This document shows, one piece after another, positions 9,030 to 18,294 of a stretch of DNA of 64,000 nucleotides. Where the stretch lies: assembly GCA_016125375.1 (NCBI GenBank), contig WGLU01000007.1, positions 68,499 to 132,498 on the forward strand. The letters are read 5' to 3'. Numbering within the stretch: the stretch's first letter is position 1; each line of letters starts with the position of its first letter. The notes beneath the pieces were generated by a model, which worked only from the letters and a program-made list of their open reading frames with translations, was not told where the DNA came from and did not search any database. A program made the position numbers and the translations under genes. Origin of the DNA: Pseudomonadota bacterium. GTDB lineage: Bacteria; Pseudomonadota; Alphaproteobacteria; UBA1280; RI-95.

Positions 9030-9707
9030 TTAGCGCCGTTTGCGGCAGACCAGATTGAGCTGCACGTTGTGCGGATCACCGAACTCTTTAGAGGCGCGGT
9101 AAGAGAAGAAGCGTGTGTGCTCGGCGTAGGTATTCAACCCCGTATCGTGGATGTTATCCGTGGGGATGCCCTCATCACGGGCTTGTTCACGGGCAACAGC
9201 GGCCAAATCCAGCATCAGGTGGCCCGGGCGTTTGGACGGGATGAAGAAGCGGCCGTCAAAGTACTCGGTAAAGGTGGCTTCCACCTCGTAGTTCATCTGG
9301 CGGATGCAGGGGCCGATGTGCATAAAAATCTGCGCCGGCTCCAGCTCGAATTCGTCCGTCAGGGTCTGGATGGTTTTACGGATGAGTTCCTTTTGCAGGC
9401 CACGCCAGCCAGCGTGGACAGCGGCAACAGCTTCCGGCGAGCTGATGAGAATAGGCACGCAATCTGCCGTGGTCACACCCAGCCAGAGTTCTGGCCGGTC
9501 AGTGAAGATGGCATCGGTTTCTTCATACACACCGGGGCCGCTGGCATAGCTGATTTTGTCGCCATGCACCTGCCGCATGTGGGCGATAGGTCCCAGACGC
9601 TCGGTCAGCTGGCGGATATTCTCTTCAATACTGCCGAAAGCACCCATACGGGTCCCGAAGGCATGGTCGGCGTGAGGGAGGGGTGTGTTGGCTTTAATCG
9701 TTTGCAT
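9030..9707 (-). CDS. pgeF: Peptidoglycan editing factor PgeF / YfiH (DUF152, purine-nucleoside phosphorylase/laccase-domain family)
   Basis: Motifs GVTTADCVPIL and AVHAGWRGL are typical of YfiH/PgeF. The start was moved to the Met at 9707 (MQTIKANTPLPHADHAFGTRMG), 5 nt downstream of the previous gene's stop. Confidence 0.8.
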   Translation of the reverse strand: MQTIKANTPLPHADHAFGTRMGAFGSIEENIRQLTERLGPIAHMRQVHGDKISYASGPGVYEETDAIFTDRPELWLGVTTADCVPILISSPEAVAAVHAGWRGLQKELIRKTIQTLTDEFELEPAQIFMHIGPCIRQMNYEVEATFTEYFDGRFFIPSKRPGHLMLDLAAVAREQARDEGIPTDNIHDTGLNTYAEHTRFFSYRASKEFGDPHNVQLNLVCRKRR

Positions 9708-9714
9708 GTGTGTC

Positions 9715-10767
9715 CTAGTCCAAAAATCCTGCGGGAATATCAAGTCCGCTGCTACGGCAGGCAAGGCACTTGAAGTGACTGCCCATTTTATTGGGGTCGA
9801 CCAGTTTTTGGGTGACGGTGGCGATTTGCGCGCGCGTTTCGTCGTCCGGTGCACGCTCCATCAGGATGGTGGCGCGGCTGGCCAGCCCGAGTGCCAGCAG
9901 GAAGGGACCCATATCCATTGCCGTACTTGCACCTGTTCCCAGTATAGCATGCACGTGGCCGAAGTCGACATGGGTCGTCAGGTCGCTCTCACCCGCGTAG
10001 GCGAGGGGGTCGACCATCTTGTGGTGGCGTTGTGCCTGTAGTGTGTCCGCATGGCCGCTGCCGCCGTAGTCGACAAACAGGGCGTAGCCGTTCAGGCGGG
10101 TTCTGATATCCGCCAGCAGGGCGTCACCAGCAGGGTAGATTGTGATGGTGGCGGGCGCGTCCGACAACAGACCATCATGGCCGGTATCTGTCGGCTCTGT
10201 GGCGTACGTAAACTCGAACCCGCTGCACGCAGTGGTAACCAAGCGCTCAAAATACTGGCCGTTTTTCAGGAAGTATTGATGTACGGGCAGGGCGTCCAGC
10301 AGTTCGTTGGCGAGCAAGACCGTCGGCTGCGACAGGTCCACATCCGCCAGCGACGTATGCCAGCTGATGTTGCCATGTGCGACGAGTGTGGCTTGTTGTT
10401 TGGCCTTGAGGTGCGGGCTGATCTCGACCAGATGCACATTCAGAGTTTTTGACAGGTCGGGCATGACCTGAGAGATGGCGCGCAGAACATCCAGCATCAG
10501 GGTGCCACGACCTGGGCCGCATTCGACCAGTTGAACGGGCGCTGGGCGGCCCATTTTTATCCAGCAGTCGGCAACCCACAGGCCGAGCAGTTCGCCGAAC
10601 ATCTGGGTCATTTCCGGTACAGTGATAAAATCGCCCTCCGCCCCCAGCGGGTCGCGGCTCATGTAGTAGCCCAGCGTGGGGTGGTACAGGCAAGTGGCCA
10701 TATAATCGGCAACGGAGATAGGACCCTCTGCCGCTATTTTTTCCTCAAGCAGCTGCGGGATGCTCAA
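9715..10767 (-). CDS. Class I SAM-dependent methyltransferase, MidA/NDUFAF7 (DUF185) family
   Basis: N-terminal region (ISVADYMATCLYHPTLGYYMSRDPLGAEGDFITVPEMTQMFGELLG, ECGPGRGTLMLDVL) matches DUF185. 350 aa. Confidence 0.75.
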   Translation of the reverse strand: MSIPQLLEEKIAAEGPISVADYMATCLYHPTLGYYMSRDPLGAEGDFITVPEMTQMFGELLGLWVADCWIKMGRPAPVQLVECGPGRGTLMLDVLRAISQVMPDLSKTLNVHLVEISPHLKAKQQATLVAHGNISWHTSLADVDLSQPTVLLANELLDALPVHQYFLKNGQYFERLVTTACSGFEFTYATEPTDTGHDGLLSDAPATITIYPAGDALLADIRTRLNGYALFVDYGGSGHADTLQAQRHHKMVDPLAYAGESDLTTHVDFGHVHAILGTGASTAMDMGPFLLALGLASRATILMERAPDDETRAQIATVTQKLVDPNKMGSHFKCLACRSSGLDIPAGFLD

Positions 10768-11563
10768 CAGGCGTTCCTTTCCGTCGGCTGAGATAGATCA
10801 GGGCAAGACCGATTGCCATCATCGGTAGGCACAGAATCTGGCCCATGGTGATGACGGTGAAAATGCCGTGTTGCAGGTGGGGAATGTTATCCGGCTGGCG
10901 GAAGTACTCCACAACAAACCGGCACAGACCGTAGCCGAGCATGAAGTAGCCCGACACCTCGAACCGCCGCTGGCGCTTGATGGCAATCAGGTGCAGGACG
11001 GTGAACAGAATAACGCCTTCCAGAAAGGCTTCATAAAGCTGGGATGGGTGGCGCGGCAGCGGCCCCCCATGGGGGAAGACCATCCCCCACGGCACGTCGG
11101 TTACGCGGCCGAACAATTCGCCGTTGATGAAGTTGGCCAAACGGCCGAAACACAGGCCGAAGCAGATGCCTGGGGCAACCCTGTCGGAGAAATCAAAAAA
11201 GTGCATGCCATGCTTGCGGGTAAAAATAAGAATGGCCGTCAGCACGCCAATAAGGCCGCCGTGGAAGGACATGCCGCCCTGCCATGTTTTGATGATGGCC
11301 TCCGGATGCTCGAAAAAGAATGACGGGTTATAGAACAGCACATAGCCCAGCCTGCCACCGAGGACGATGCCGAGGATAATCCAGATAAAAATATCCTCTG
11401 CATGTTGGGGCGTAACGGGGCCGTTGGGGTAGTACTTGCGGCACAGGTATTTGAGGTAATGCAGGCCGGCAAAAAAGCCCGCCACATAGGCGATGCCATA
11501 CCAGTGCACGGCCACGGGGCCGAGGCGGATGGCAATGGGGTCGATATCCGGAAAGGCAATCAC
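10745..11563 (-). CDS. lgt: Prolipoprotein diacylglyceryl transferase
   Basis: Lgt signature segments (HWYGIAYVAGF, GGRLGYVLFYN, MSFHGGLIGV). Multi-TM. The 3' end overlaps the following gene by 23 nt. Confidence 0.9.
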   Translation of the reverse strand: MIAFPDIDPIAIRLGPVAVHWYGIAYVAGFFAGLHYLKYLCRKYYPNGPVTPQHAEDIFIWIILGIVLGGRLGYVLFYNPSFFFEHPEAIIKTWQGGMSFHGGLIGVLTAILIFTRKHGMHFFDFSDRVAPGICFGLCFGRLANFINGELFGRVTDVPWGMVFPHGGPLPRHPSQLYEAFLEGVILFTVLHLIAIKRQRRFEVSGYFMLGYGLCRFVVEYFRQPDNIPHLQHGIFTVITMGQILCLPMMAIGLALIYLSRRKGTPVEHPAAA

Positions 11564-12549
11564 AGGTATGGATCCTCGGCCATCAGGTGGTTTTTGACGT
11601 AGTCGGCCACACCGTCTTCCAGACTGGTAAAGGTGAACGGCTTGGCGCCAAGGTTGTGCATGGTGCCCAACAGCTTGTCCATGTTGGCCTCGGTGAAGTA
11701 CTGGTAGTGGTTGCGAATGTCGACCGGCATGTCGATGTACTCGATATTCGTGCGTTTGCCCATGGCTTTGAATACGGCAACCGTCAGGTCCTTGAAGGTA
11801 CAGGCCTGGCCTGTACCCAGATTGAACAGACCGGCAACCTGCGGGTTGTCCAACAGCCAGACGACGACACGGGCAATGTCTTTGACGTAGACAAAGTCGC
11901 GCATCTGCTCGCCGTCGGCAATACCGTCACGGTGGGAACGGAACAGGCGCATTTTCCCGGTTTCCGAAATCTGCTCGTAGGCGCCCTTAATCACACTGGC
12001 CTGACGGCCCTTGTGATACTCGTTAGGCCCGTAGACGTTGAAGAATTTCAGGCCCACCCAGCCCTGCGGGCGTTTGGGCATCTGGATGATGTACTTGTCG
12101 ATCATATGCTTGCTGAAGCCGTACGGATTCATGGGCTGGAGCTTGTTCAGGTAGGCCATGTCCTCGCGGTCGTCGTACCCGTGCTCGCCGTTGCCGTAGG
12201 TGGAGGCGGAAGAGGCATAGATAATCCGCTTGCCGGTTTCCAGACTCCAGTGGATGAGGTCCTTGGTGTACTGGACGTTGTCGGCCATGAGCTTGTCCAC
12301 GTCCGTCTCGGTGGTCGAGGAAATGGCCCCCATGTGCAACACGGCATGGACGTTGTGACCGTTCTTTTGGAGGAAGGGCATCAGGGCCTCGGGGGCAACA
12401 ACTTCGGCGATGTTACGTTTGGCGAGGTTCTTCCATTTGTCGCCTTTGCCAAAGGTGTCGACGGCGACGATAGGCACGTCGTAGGTTTCTTCCAGTACCT
12501 GGGCAAGGACGGAGCCGATAAACCCGGTGGCGCCAGTAATCACAAACAT
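11560..12549 (-). CDS. hldD: ADP-L-glycero-D-manno-heptose 6-epimerase
   Basis: Start MFVITGATGFIGS. The YASSASTYG and FFNVYGPNEYHKG blocks align along the full length with E. coli HldD/RfaD. Confidence 0.85.
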   Translation of the reverse strand: MFVITGATGFIGSVLAQVLEETYDVPIVAVDTFGKGDKWKNLAKRNIAEVVAPEALMPFLQKNGHNVHAVLHMGAISSTTETDVDKLMADNVQYTKDLIHWSLETGKRIIYASSASTYGNGEHGYDDREDMAYLNKLQPMNPYGFSKHMIDKYIIQMPKRPQGWVGLKFFNVYGPNEYHKGRQASVIKGAYEQISETGKMRLFRSHRDGIADGEQMRDFVYVKDIARVVVWLLDNPQVAGLFNLGTGQACTFKDLTVAVFKAMGKRTNIEYIDMPVDIRNHYQYFTEANMDKLLGTMHNLGAKPFTFTSLEDGVADYVKNHLMAEDPYL

Positions 12550-12638
12550 GGTCGCAATTCCTTGTTATAATGCAGCCGCAGTTTACGCTGATTGGTGCCA
12601 AAGGGCAACGCAACAACAGCCAAAAAGGACAGGAAGAC

Positions 12639-13448
12639 ATGATTCACAGCGCACGTATTTTGATGGTTGGCCTCGGGAATATGGGGGGTGCGATGGTGGA
12701 GGGTTTTCTGGCCAAAGGTGTCGCCCCTGCAAACATCACAGCGCTGGACAGTGCCCCTGCGGCAAAGGAGAAGGCGGCACAGTGGGGCATTGAGATGATT
12801 CAAAAGCCTGAGGATCTGGCTCATACGCCGCATTTTATCATTCTGGCAGTCAAGCCGCAGGTCATGGATGTGGTTGCTCCGGCTTATAAACATCTGGTCA
12901 GTGAAGGGGTGTGCTTCCTGTCTGTTGCGGCGGGGCAGACAATCGAGAAGCTTAAAGGTTATCTGGCACCGCAAGCCCGCATCATCCGTGCAATGCCCAA
13001 TACACCGGCTGCTGTGGGCGCAGGGATGACAGTCCTGTGCGGTACGCCCAATCTGGCCGTGGAGCAGATGGCGGTAGCAGAGGCCCTGATGGCCTGTGTC
13101 GGCGAAGTGGCATGGATTGAAGACGAACACCTGATGAATGCGGTTACGGCAGTATCCGGCTCCGGACCTGCTTACTTTTTCCGGATGATGGAAGCGTTGG
13201 AAGCCGCAGCCCTTGCGCAGGGGTTGCCGGCGGATGTGGCGCGCAAGCTGGCTGTACAGACTGCTTACGGTGCCGGCAAACTGGCCGCGGAGCGTACCGG
13301 TACATCGCCCACTGACCTGCGGGTGGCAGTCACAAGCCCTGGAGGGACGACAGAAGCCGGTCTTAAGGCTCTGGATGCGCACAACTTTACCCAAACAGTC
13401 TCGGCAGCGGTAGAGGCCGCGACCGCACGAGGTAATCAATTAGGGTAA
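12639..13448 (+). CDS. proC: Pyrroline-5-carboxylate reductase
   Basis: Start at MIHSARILMVGLGNMGGAM (NADP-binding GxGxxG) with an SD upstream. ProC C-terminal dimerisation region (SPGGTTEAGL). Confidence 0.85.
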   Translation: MIHSARILMVGLGNMGGAMVEGFLAKGVAPANITALDSAPAAKEKAAQWGIEMIQKPEDLAHTPHFIILAVKPQVMDVVAPAYKHLVSEGVCFLSVAAGQTIEKLKGYLAPQARIIRAMPNTPAAVGAGMTVLCGTPNLAVEQMAVAEALMACVGEVAWIEDEHLMNAVTAVSGSGPAYFFRMMEALEAAALAQGLPADVARKLAVQTAYGAGKLAAERTGTSPTDLRVAVTSPGGTTEAGLKALDAHNFTQTVSAAVEAATARGNQLG

Positions 13449-13560
13449 TACATCTATCGCGTGTATATCTTTGTACGATGAATGCCACACTCCAAAGTGG
13501 TATTTCTTGTCTTTTTTACGTACCAAATATGGCTTAAATATTATGTTTTTCGTGTTTCAT

Positions 13561-13574
13561 CCTGATTAATCAGG
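13561..13574. promoter_or_regulatory. Perfect 14-bp palindrome CCTGATTAATCAGG in the AT-rich leader of the GntR-family regulator gene (candidate operator)
   Basis: Exact inverted repeat ~105 nt upstream of the regulator's ATG, within a 229-bp AT-rich spacer. Confidence 0.3.
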
Positions 13575-13677
13575 TATTTTTTATGTGCGACAGTATGGAC
13601 ATGTACAACTAATAAGGGTGCTTTATGATTATTGGTTACATGAAATACAACCTAGAAATGTTTTTGAGGGACTAAAC

Positions 13678-14376
13678 ATGAGTGTTGTTACACTGCCTAT
13701 CGTGGAAAAGCACGACAAAATACGTCGATCGGCTGCCATTGCTACCCAATTGAAAGAGATGATTCTGGACGGTGTCCTTAAAGCAGGCGACCGTTTGCCG
13801 ACCGAGGAACAGTTGTGCCGCCACTTCGGCGTGTCACGCACCACACTGCGGGAATCTGTACAAATGCTGCGTGTTTCAGGCCTGCTGGAGGTTACTCCGG
13901 GCCGTGGCAGCTTTGTAAGGGTGCCTGACCTGCGCAAGATTATGGACGACGTTGCCGTATTCGGCTGCGCCGGTGGTATGGATGATGCCGAAGTCCAGAA
14001 CCTGATTGCCCTGCTGCAACACGAAATGGTGCGCCGTGCCTGCCGCGCACCTGCCGTTCGCAAAAGCAGCCTGACGGATTACCCGATCAGCCGATTGGCA
14101 CCGGTATCCGAGAACGAACGCGCCGAGCGTGCCTGGCTGCTGGCGATTGCTTCGGTCTCCGGTTACAAGGTTGGCCGTATGCTGCTGGAAGTGCTGTTGA
14201 CCATGACCCGCCGTCAGCGCCAACTGCGCCTGGCAAAAGCGGGTGAGGTACAGCGCCTGATGGAAGTGCAACTGCGCCTGAACGCCGCAATTATTGACGG
14301 TAACGCCGATATGGCCGGGCGGGTGATGGAAGCGTATCTGCAAAGCTGCAAGGATGGTACAACACTGAGTGCCTAG
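13678..14376 (+). CDS. GntR-family transcriptional regulator (FadR/FCD subfamily)
   Basis: N-terminal winged HTH: LPTEEQLCRHFGVSRTTLRESVQMLRVSGLLEVTPGRGSFV. All-helical C-terminal FCD-like domain. The ORF track start at 13585 is a GTG; the ATG at 13678 was chosen. Confidence 0.8.
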   Translation: MSVVTLPIVEKHDKIRRSAAIATQLKEMILDGVLKAGDRLPTEEQLCRHFGVSRTTLRESVQMLRVSGLLEVTPGRGSFVRVPDLRKIMDDVAVFGCAGGMDDAEVQNLIALLQHEMVRRACRAPAVRKSSLTDYPISRLAPVSENERAERAWLLAIASVSGYKVGRMLLEVLLTMTRRQRQLRLAKAGEVQRLMEVQLRLNAAIIDGNADMAGRVMEAYLQSCKDGTTLSA

Positions 14377-14921
14377 GCCTGTGCTGCCTCGTCCTTGAGG
14401 TACTGTTTAAGGACCCGGTAGGCGTCGTTGATCCTTTTGATCTTGTCGGCGCTTTCCGGGTCTTTATTGCGGTCGGGGTGATGCTCTTTGGCCAATTTAT
14501 GATAAACCTTGCGCACCTTGGCACTGTTCAGTGGCGGTGTAACACCCAGTTCTGCACAGGCGTCGCGCACATCGGGTGGCAGGTTGCTCGTTTCCGGCTT
14601 GGCTTCGGCAGGTTTGTGGTGCAGCTCCTCAAAAAAGCCGTATGGGTCCTCCGTGGCGCCAAAAGCTGCGGTCGCACCGACAAAAGACTTTGTGCCCAGT
14701 CCCATTTTCCATGTCGGACGGTTCCACGTCGCACCCCCATGCTGCATGGAGAAGATCTCCTGCGAGGAGAAACCGTTCAGCCCGTTCCAACGGGAATTGA
14801 ACTCCTTGATGTGTTTCAAGCAGTAGAATTGACGGTCATAAATATTGCGCGGGTCCCGCGGGGCAGGGTATTCACCTGGCTCCGTACATTCGGGATGTGC
14901 GCAGGGATGCACATCTGTCAT
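14373..14921 (-). CDS. J-domain protein with C-terminal DnaJ domain and N-terminal Cys/His-rich segment
   Basis: C-terminus KVRKVYHKLAKEHHPDRNKD...INDAYRVLK carries the HPD tripeptide of J domains. The N-terminus has CAHPEC...C..H. The start lies 4 nt after the prepilin peptidase stop. Confidence 0.7.
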   Translation of the reverse strand: MTDVHPCAHPECTEPGEYPAPRDPRNIYDRQFYCLKHIKEFNSRWNGLNGFSSQEIFSMQHGGATWNRPTWKMGLGTKSFVGATAAFGATEDPYGFFEELHHKPAEAKPETSNLPPDVRDACAELGVTPPLNSAKVRKVYHKLAKEHHPDRNKDPESADKIKRINDAYRVLKQYLKDEAAQA

Positions 14922-14924
14922 GCC

Positions 14925-15554
14925 CTACCATATAGACTGATAAAGCCGCAGAAACAAGAGTTGAACACCATCGGGGTAGAGTGCCATAAGCCAAATGGCG
15001 AGGCCCAATGCGGGACCGTAGGGGGTGTTGCCATCCTTTTGTGCGAAGGCGGCAAGGCCAAAACCGAAAAAAGCCGCCAGCGTAAGGGCCGGGAAAAAGC
15101 CGCCCAAGCCAGCCCATACGCCAAGTGCAGCCAGCATTTTAATATCCCCACCGCCAATATGCTCGGTGATGGTATCACCTTTGAGCTTAGCCACCACAAA
15201 AGAAACACTGAAACCAAAACACAGGCCAAGTGCGCCACCGGCAAAAGGGTCATACCAGTCGCCGTGGTTGGTGAACGTGAATGGGCTGAGCAGGCCCAGT
15301 AGCAGAATGGGGAAAGTATAAATATCCAGCAGCAGGAAATGGCTCAGGTCAATAGCCATGGTCCGTGCCAGCAGTGCAGCGAGCAGCGTGATATAAACAA
15401 TCGAGACGATGTTGAGTTCAGGAAGCCTGGGTGCGGCCATCGCGAGCAGTACAAGGAACAGTGCAACTGTACAAAGTGCGCGAAAACGCTGCGGCACACG
15501 CCCGTCAAGGGGATGTGCCGCAGCAATATGGCGCGCCTCAAACGACCGGAGCAT
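14925..15554 (-). CDS. Prepilin peptidase (A24 family, short TadV/CpaA-like form without N-terminal zinc-finger or methyltransferase extension)
   Basis: The second catalytic-Asp motif IGGGDIKMLAALGVWAG matches A24 GGGDVKLL. The first Asp lies in AIDLSHFLLLD. Polytopic membrane protein, 209 aa. Confidence 0.75.
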   Translation of the reverse strand: MLRSFEARHIAAAHPLDGRVPQRFRALCTVALFLVLLAMAAPRLPELNIVSIVYITLLAALLARTMAIDLSHFLLLDIYTFPILLLGLLSPFTFTNHGDWYDPFAGGALGLCFGFSVSFVVAKLKGDTITEHIGGGDIKMLAALGVWAGLGGFFPALTLAAFFGFGLAAFAQKDGNTPYGPALGLAIWLMALYPDGVQLLFLRLYQSIW

Positions 15555-15562
15555 GCCCGGGC

Positions 15563-16651
15563 TTAGCCGCAGGTCGCGGGGTTGGTCGGCGTGGTGCAGA
15601 ACTCAATGCTGGTCGTAAACGGCGCCTGACCAACGTTGGTTACGTTCGAGTTGTAGCGCAATCGGCGGTTCCATGGGTCAACTGCGTAGGTACGCGGCAG
15701 ACTCAGCAGCTCCATCAGGGCTTCCATGCTGTTCGTTGCCGATGCGGCGGCACCCACATCGTATGTCGCCTGAACACCCAAGCTGGCTGCTGTACGCAGG
15801 TCCGGCACGTAGTAAACGTCCAGGTTCTGGTTTTCCAGGCTGGAACGCGGGTAGTAGTTGGCGCGGCCTTCCTCGCCGATATCGTAGGTGTTATCGTCGG
15901 CCCGGCTGCTGCTGTTAATGTAGTTCGGGTTGGCCTGGTTGACGTCTTGCACATCCATCCAGTCGCAGCGGTCGTCGTTCGCCGGGTCCTGAGCCGCGTT
16001 GCCCGCCATGAACAGGGCCAGTTTGTTTGAGCAGTAGTTCTGGTTTTCTGTAAACAGGCGTGCCTCATAGGCAGAGAGGGCTTTGGTAATTTCCTCGCCC
16101 TGGCGGCGGAACACTTTTACACGGGACTTCTCGATGTCCAGGGTGGAGAATTTGCGGCCAATATCGTCATTGGCGGGTTGCCAGGCACCGTAGTCGGCAG
16201 CACAGGAACCGTTCGTCAGGAAGTCGCCTGTGCCAGAGTCGTTTGTGCCATCTTTACCGGGTGAATAAATGGCAAAGTACTGAACGGAGGGTACGACAAT
16301 ACCGTCGATGCTGACGTTGGTCTCGGTGCAGGTGTCGTAGACCCAGGCAGAACCCCAGGCATCAGCATTCAGGGTCTGGTTTTCTACCAGACCTGTATCA
16401 AAAACGAGCGTCTGGACGTTTGCCCACGAAGTGGGGACAGTTGTGATGCCTGTGGATATGTAATAGGTCTCGATACCTTTTGTAATCAGCTCTGCGGCAA
16501 CATCGGTGTTTTCCACTTTTGTGCGTTCGATACGCGACATTTGCATGCCGCCGAGCGAAACCGCCAGAATACTGGCGACAACCAGCGCAATACGCGCATC
16601 CATACTGAACATGGCGCCGTGCTGGTTACGAAGAATGTTGGTCGTTCTCAT
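15563..16651 (-). CDS. Large pilin-like protein (362 aa) with prepilin-type leader MRTTNILRNQHG/AMFSMDARIALVVASILAV and N/T/Y/D-rich C-terminal domain ending in a Cys pair
   Basis: The leader and hydrophobic helix parallel the 22935..23546 pilin (shared G-AMFxxDAR[IV]AL). C-terminal ...CTTPTNPATCG is disulfide-loop-like. The start was taken at the Met at 16651 (GGGGG SD 10 nt upstream), not the ORF-track start at 16702. Confidence 0.55.
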   Translation of the reverse strand: MRTTNILRNQHGAMFSMDARIALVVASILAVSLGGMQMSRIERTKVENTDVAAELITKGIETYYISTGITTVPTSWANVQTLVFDTGLVENQTLNADAWGSAWVYDTCTETNVSIDGIVVPSVQYFAIYSPGKDGTNDSGTGDFLTNGSCAADYGAWQPANDDIGRKFSTLDIEKSRVKVFRRQGEEITKALSAYEARLFTENQNYCSNKLALFMAGNAAQDPANDDRCDWMDVQDVNQANPNYINSSSRADDNTYDIGEEGRANYYPRSSLENQNLDVYYVPDLRTAASLGVQATYDVGAAASATNSMEALMELLSLPRTYAVDPWNRRLRYNSNVTNVGQAPFTTSIEFCTTPTNPATCG

Positions 16652-16701
16652 GGTGTTAATACCCCCGTATCTTACCATTTTGTTGTGCGTGCCCCGTGTC
16701 A

Positions 16702-17487
16702 TTACTTCGCACCCGCAGCTGCCGAGGCTTCGCGCATATCAATAATATCTGTATAGGTTTCTGACCACGGTGCCGGTGTTGTAAATGATATTGTGGCTGT
16801 TTGGGATGTTGCGCGGGCATAGGTAAAGTTATTGCCCCAGAAGTCCCGTTGCGTGTACACGTCCCGGATATCCGTATTGAACGTGCCGTTTGTCGGCAGG
16901 TGGTGCGTGCCGGACTCCGCCGTACCATCTACCATGGCGCGGCGCCACCAGTCGTAAACAAAGTCCGTCAGGGCAGCCATGTTACCCTTGGAAATTTCAA
17001 GCTGGCGGGCCCGTATGACCGATGTGTCGATAACAGCGACATCGTCGCGTTTGGTAATATCGCTCGTGAGCATGTTGGCATCTGTAGATGTAGAGGCATC
17101 TGCGCGGATAAATGCATCGTCAGAGTTGGAAATCATGACCCGTTGGCGACCTGTCGCGTTATCCATCGCTGTAGAGTTGATGACGATGGCCTGACCGTTG
17201 CGCGTGTCCAGACTTGCAGAGGTGGAATTGCGGATACGGGTTGCATCAATGCCATTATTGAAGTTGGCTGCTGTTTCCATGAGCAGAGCGTTTTCTACAC
17301 CGTCTTTAAGCTCTTGCAGCTGTTTCTTTTTGGCTTCGGCCTGCTGGGCCTCGATTTTGGCCAGTTCGCGTTCGGCCTGTTTGCGCATCGCAGTGGAGAA
17401 AACAGCCAGACCAAGCACCAAACCGATCATGAACGGGGAAAAGTTACCCCGTTGGCATTTGAGCGATTTGGCAATCCTTGCCAGCAT
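16702..17487 (-). CDS. Pseudopilin/minor-pilin-like protein (261 aa), leader MLARIAKSLKCQRG/NFSPFMIGLVLGLAVFSTAM followed by coiled-coil
   Basis: The leader ends in Q-R-G like the other two pilin-like genes. A 20-residue hydrophobic helix is followed by a Lys/Glu-rich helix, then a Ser/Thr/Asn-rich domain. Confidence 0.5.
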   Translation of the reverse strand: MLARIAKSLKCQRGNFSPFMIGLVLGLAVFSTAMRKQAERELAKIEAQQAEAKKKQLQELKDGVENALLMETAANFNNGIDATRIRNSTSASLDTRNGQAIVINSTAMDNATGRQRVMISNSDDAFIRADASTSTDANMLTSDITKRDDVAVIDTSVIRARQLEISKGNMAALTDFVYDWWRRAMVDGTAESGTHHLPTNGTFNTDIRDVYTQRDFWGNNFTYARATSQTATISFTTPAPWSETYTDIIDMREASAAAGAK

Positions 17488-17496
17488 AGCCGTACG

Positions 17497-18294
17497 TCAT
17501 ACCCCCATACGCAGTTCGTAATCGCGACCTGCAACTGACACCACAACAGCGCGGTGCTTAATTTCCTTTACTGTCACACTAATATTATAGCGGCCGTCAT
17601 TAGTTTTTGACTTACGTAGCTGGTCTTTCTTCTCGCGGTACTCGCGCAGGGCCTCGTCCCGGTATTCCTGATATTGCTGGTAGGCGGTTTCGGATACGCT
17701 GTCCGGTTCCGGCATCTGGGCATAGATGGTTTCTTCGACCTTGTCGGTGCTATCGAGCTTGACGTTTACAGGCAGCAGGAAACGGTCACCCGGAGAGAAC
17801 TTCTTGTTGTTAATCATCACATAAGGCGAGGGGGCTGCGATAACCGATTGCAGGACAATACGGCCAAGGTCTTTGGTAAAGTCATAATCGCTGAAATCGA
17901 ACACCTGACCTTCATGCGCCGTATTGATGATGGTGTGCAGGTAATTACGGAATTCATCCAGGTTCAACTGGTCAGAAGCGGTCAGGTCCGGTAACTGCGG
18001 CAGGTTGATATTAATTTGCTCTGCAGGGGCCTCCTGCTGTTCTTTTTCCGTTGCAAACGGATCAATAAGGCCGCGTTGCAGCAAGGATGTAATGGTTGGC
18101 AGCAGGTCGGCACCCTCTTTCGCACGGCCGCGGCCCGCGCGCTTTTGCACCTGCATTTCCTGAATCAGATTGTCGCGTTTAAAGTCAAATTCGGGCTGAC
18201 CACGGAACGTTATCGGCCACTGCTGCGCCAAAGCAGACGTAGCGGCAAACGCAACCAGAACAAACGCAAAAAGTGGTAGCTTAACTTGGTGCAT
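17497..18294 (-). CDS. Secreted/periplasmic operon protein of unknown family (signal peptide MHQVKLPLFAFVLVAFAATSALAQQ)
   Basis: Cleavable Sec-type signal. The Glu/Gln-rich mature protein sits in the middle of the pilus-like operon. The start was chosen at the Met at 18294. Confidence 0.5.
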   Translation of the reverse strand: MHQVKLPLFAFVLVAFAATSALAQQWPITFRGQPEFDFKRDNLIQEMQVQKRAGRGRAKEGADLLPTITSLLQRGLIDPFATEKEQQEAPAEQININLPQLPDLTASDQLNLDEFRNYLHTIINTAHEGQVFDFSDYDFTKDLGRIVLQSVIAAPSPYVMINNKKFSPGDRFLLPVNVKLDSTDKVEETIYAQMPEPDSVSETAYQQYQEYRDEALREYREKKDQLRKSKTNDGRYNISVTVKEIKHRAVVVSVAGRDYELRMGV

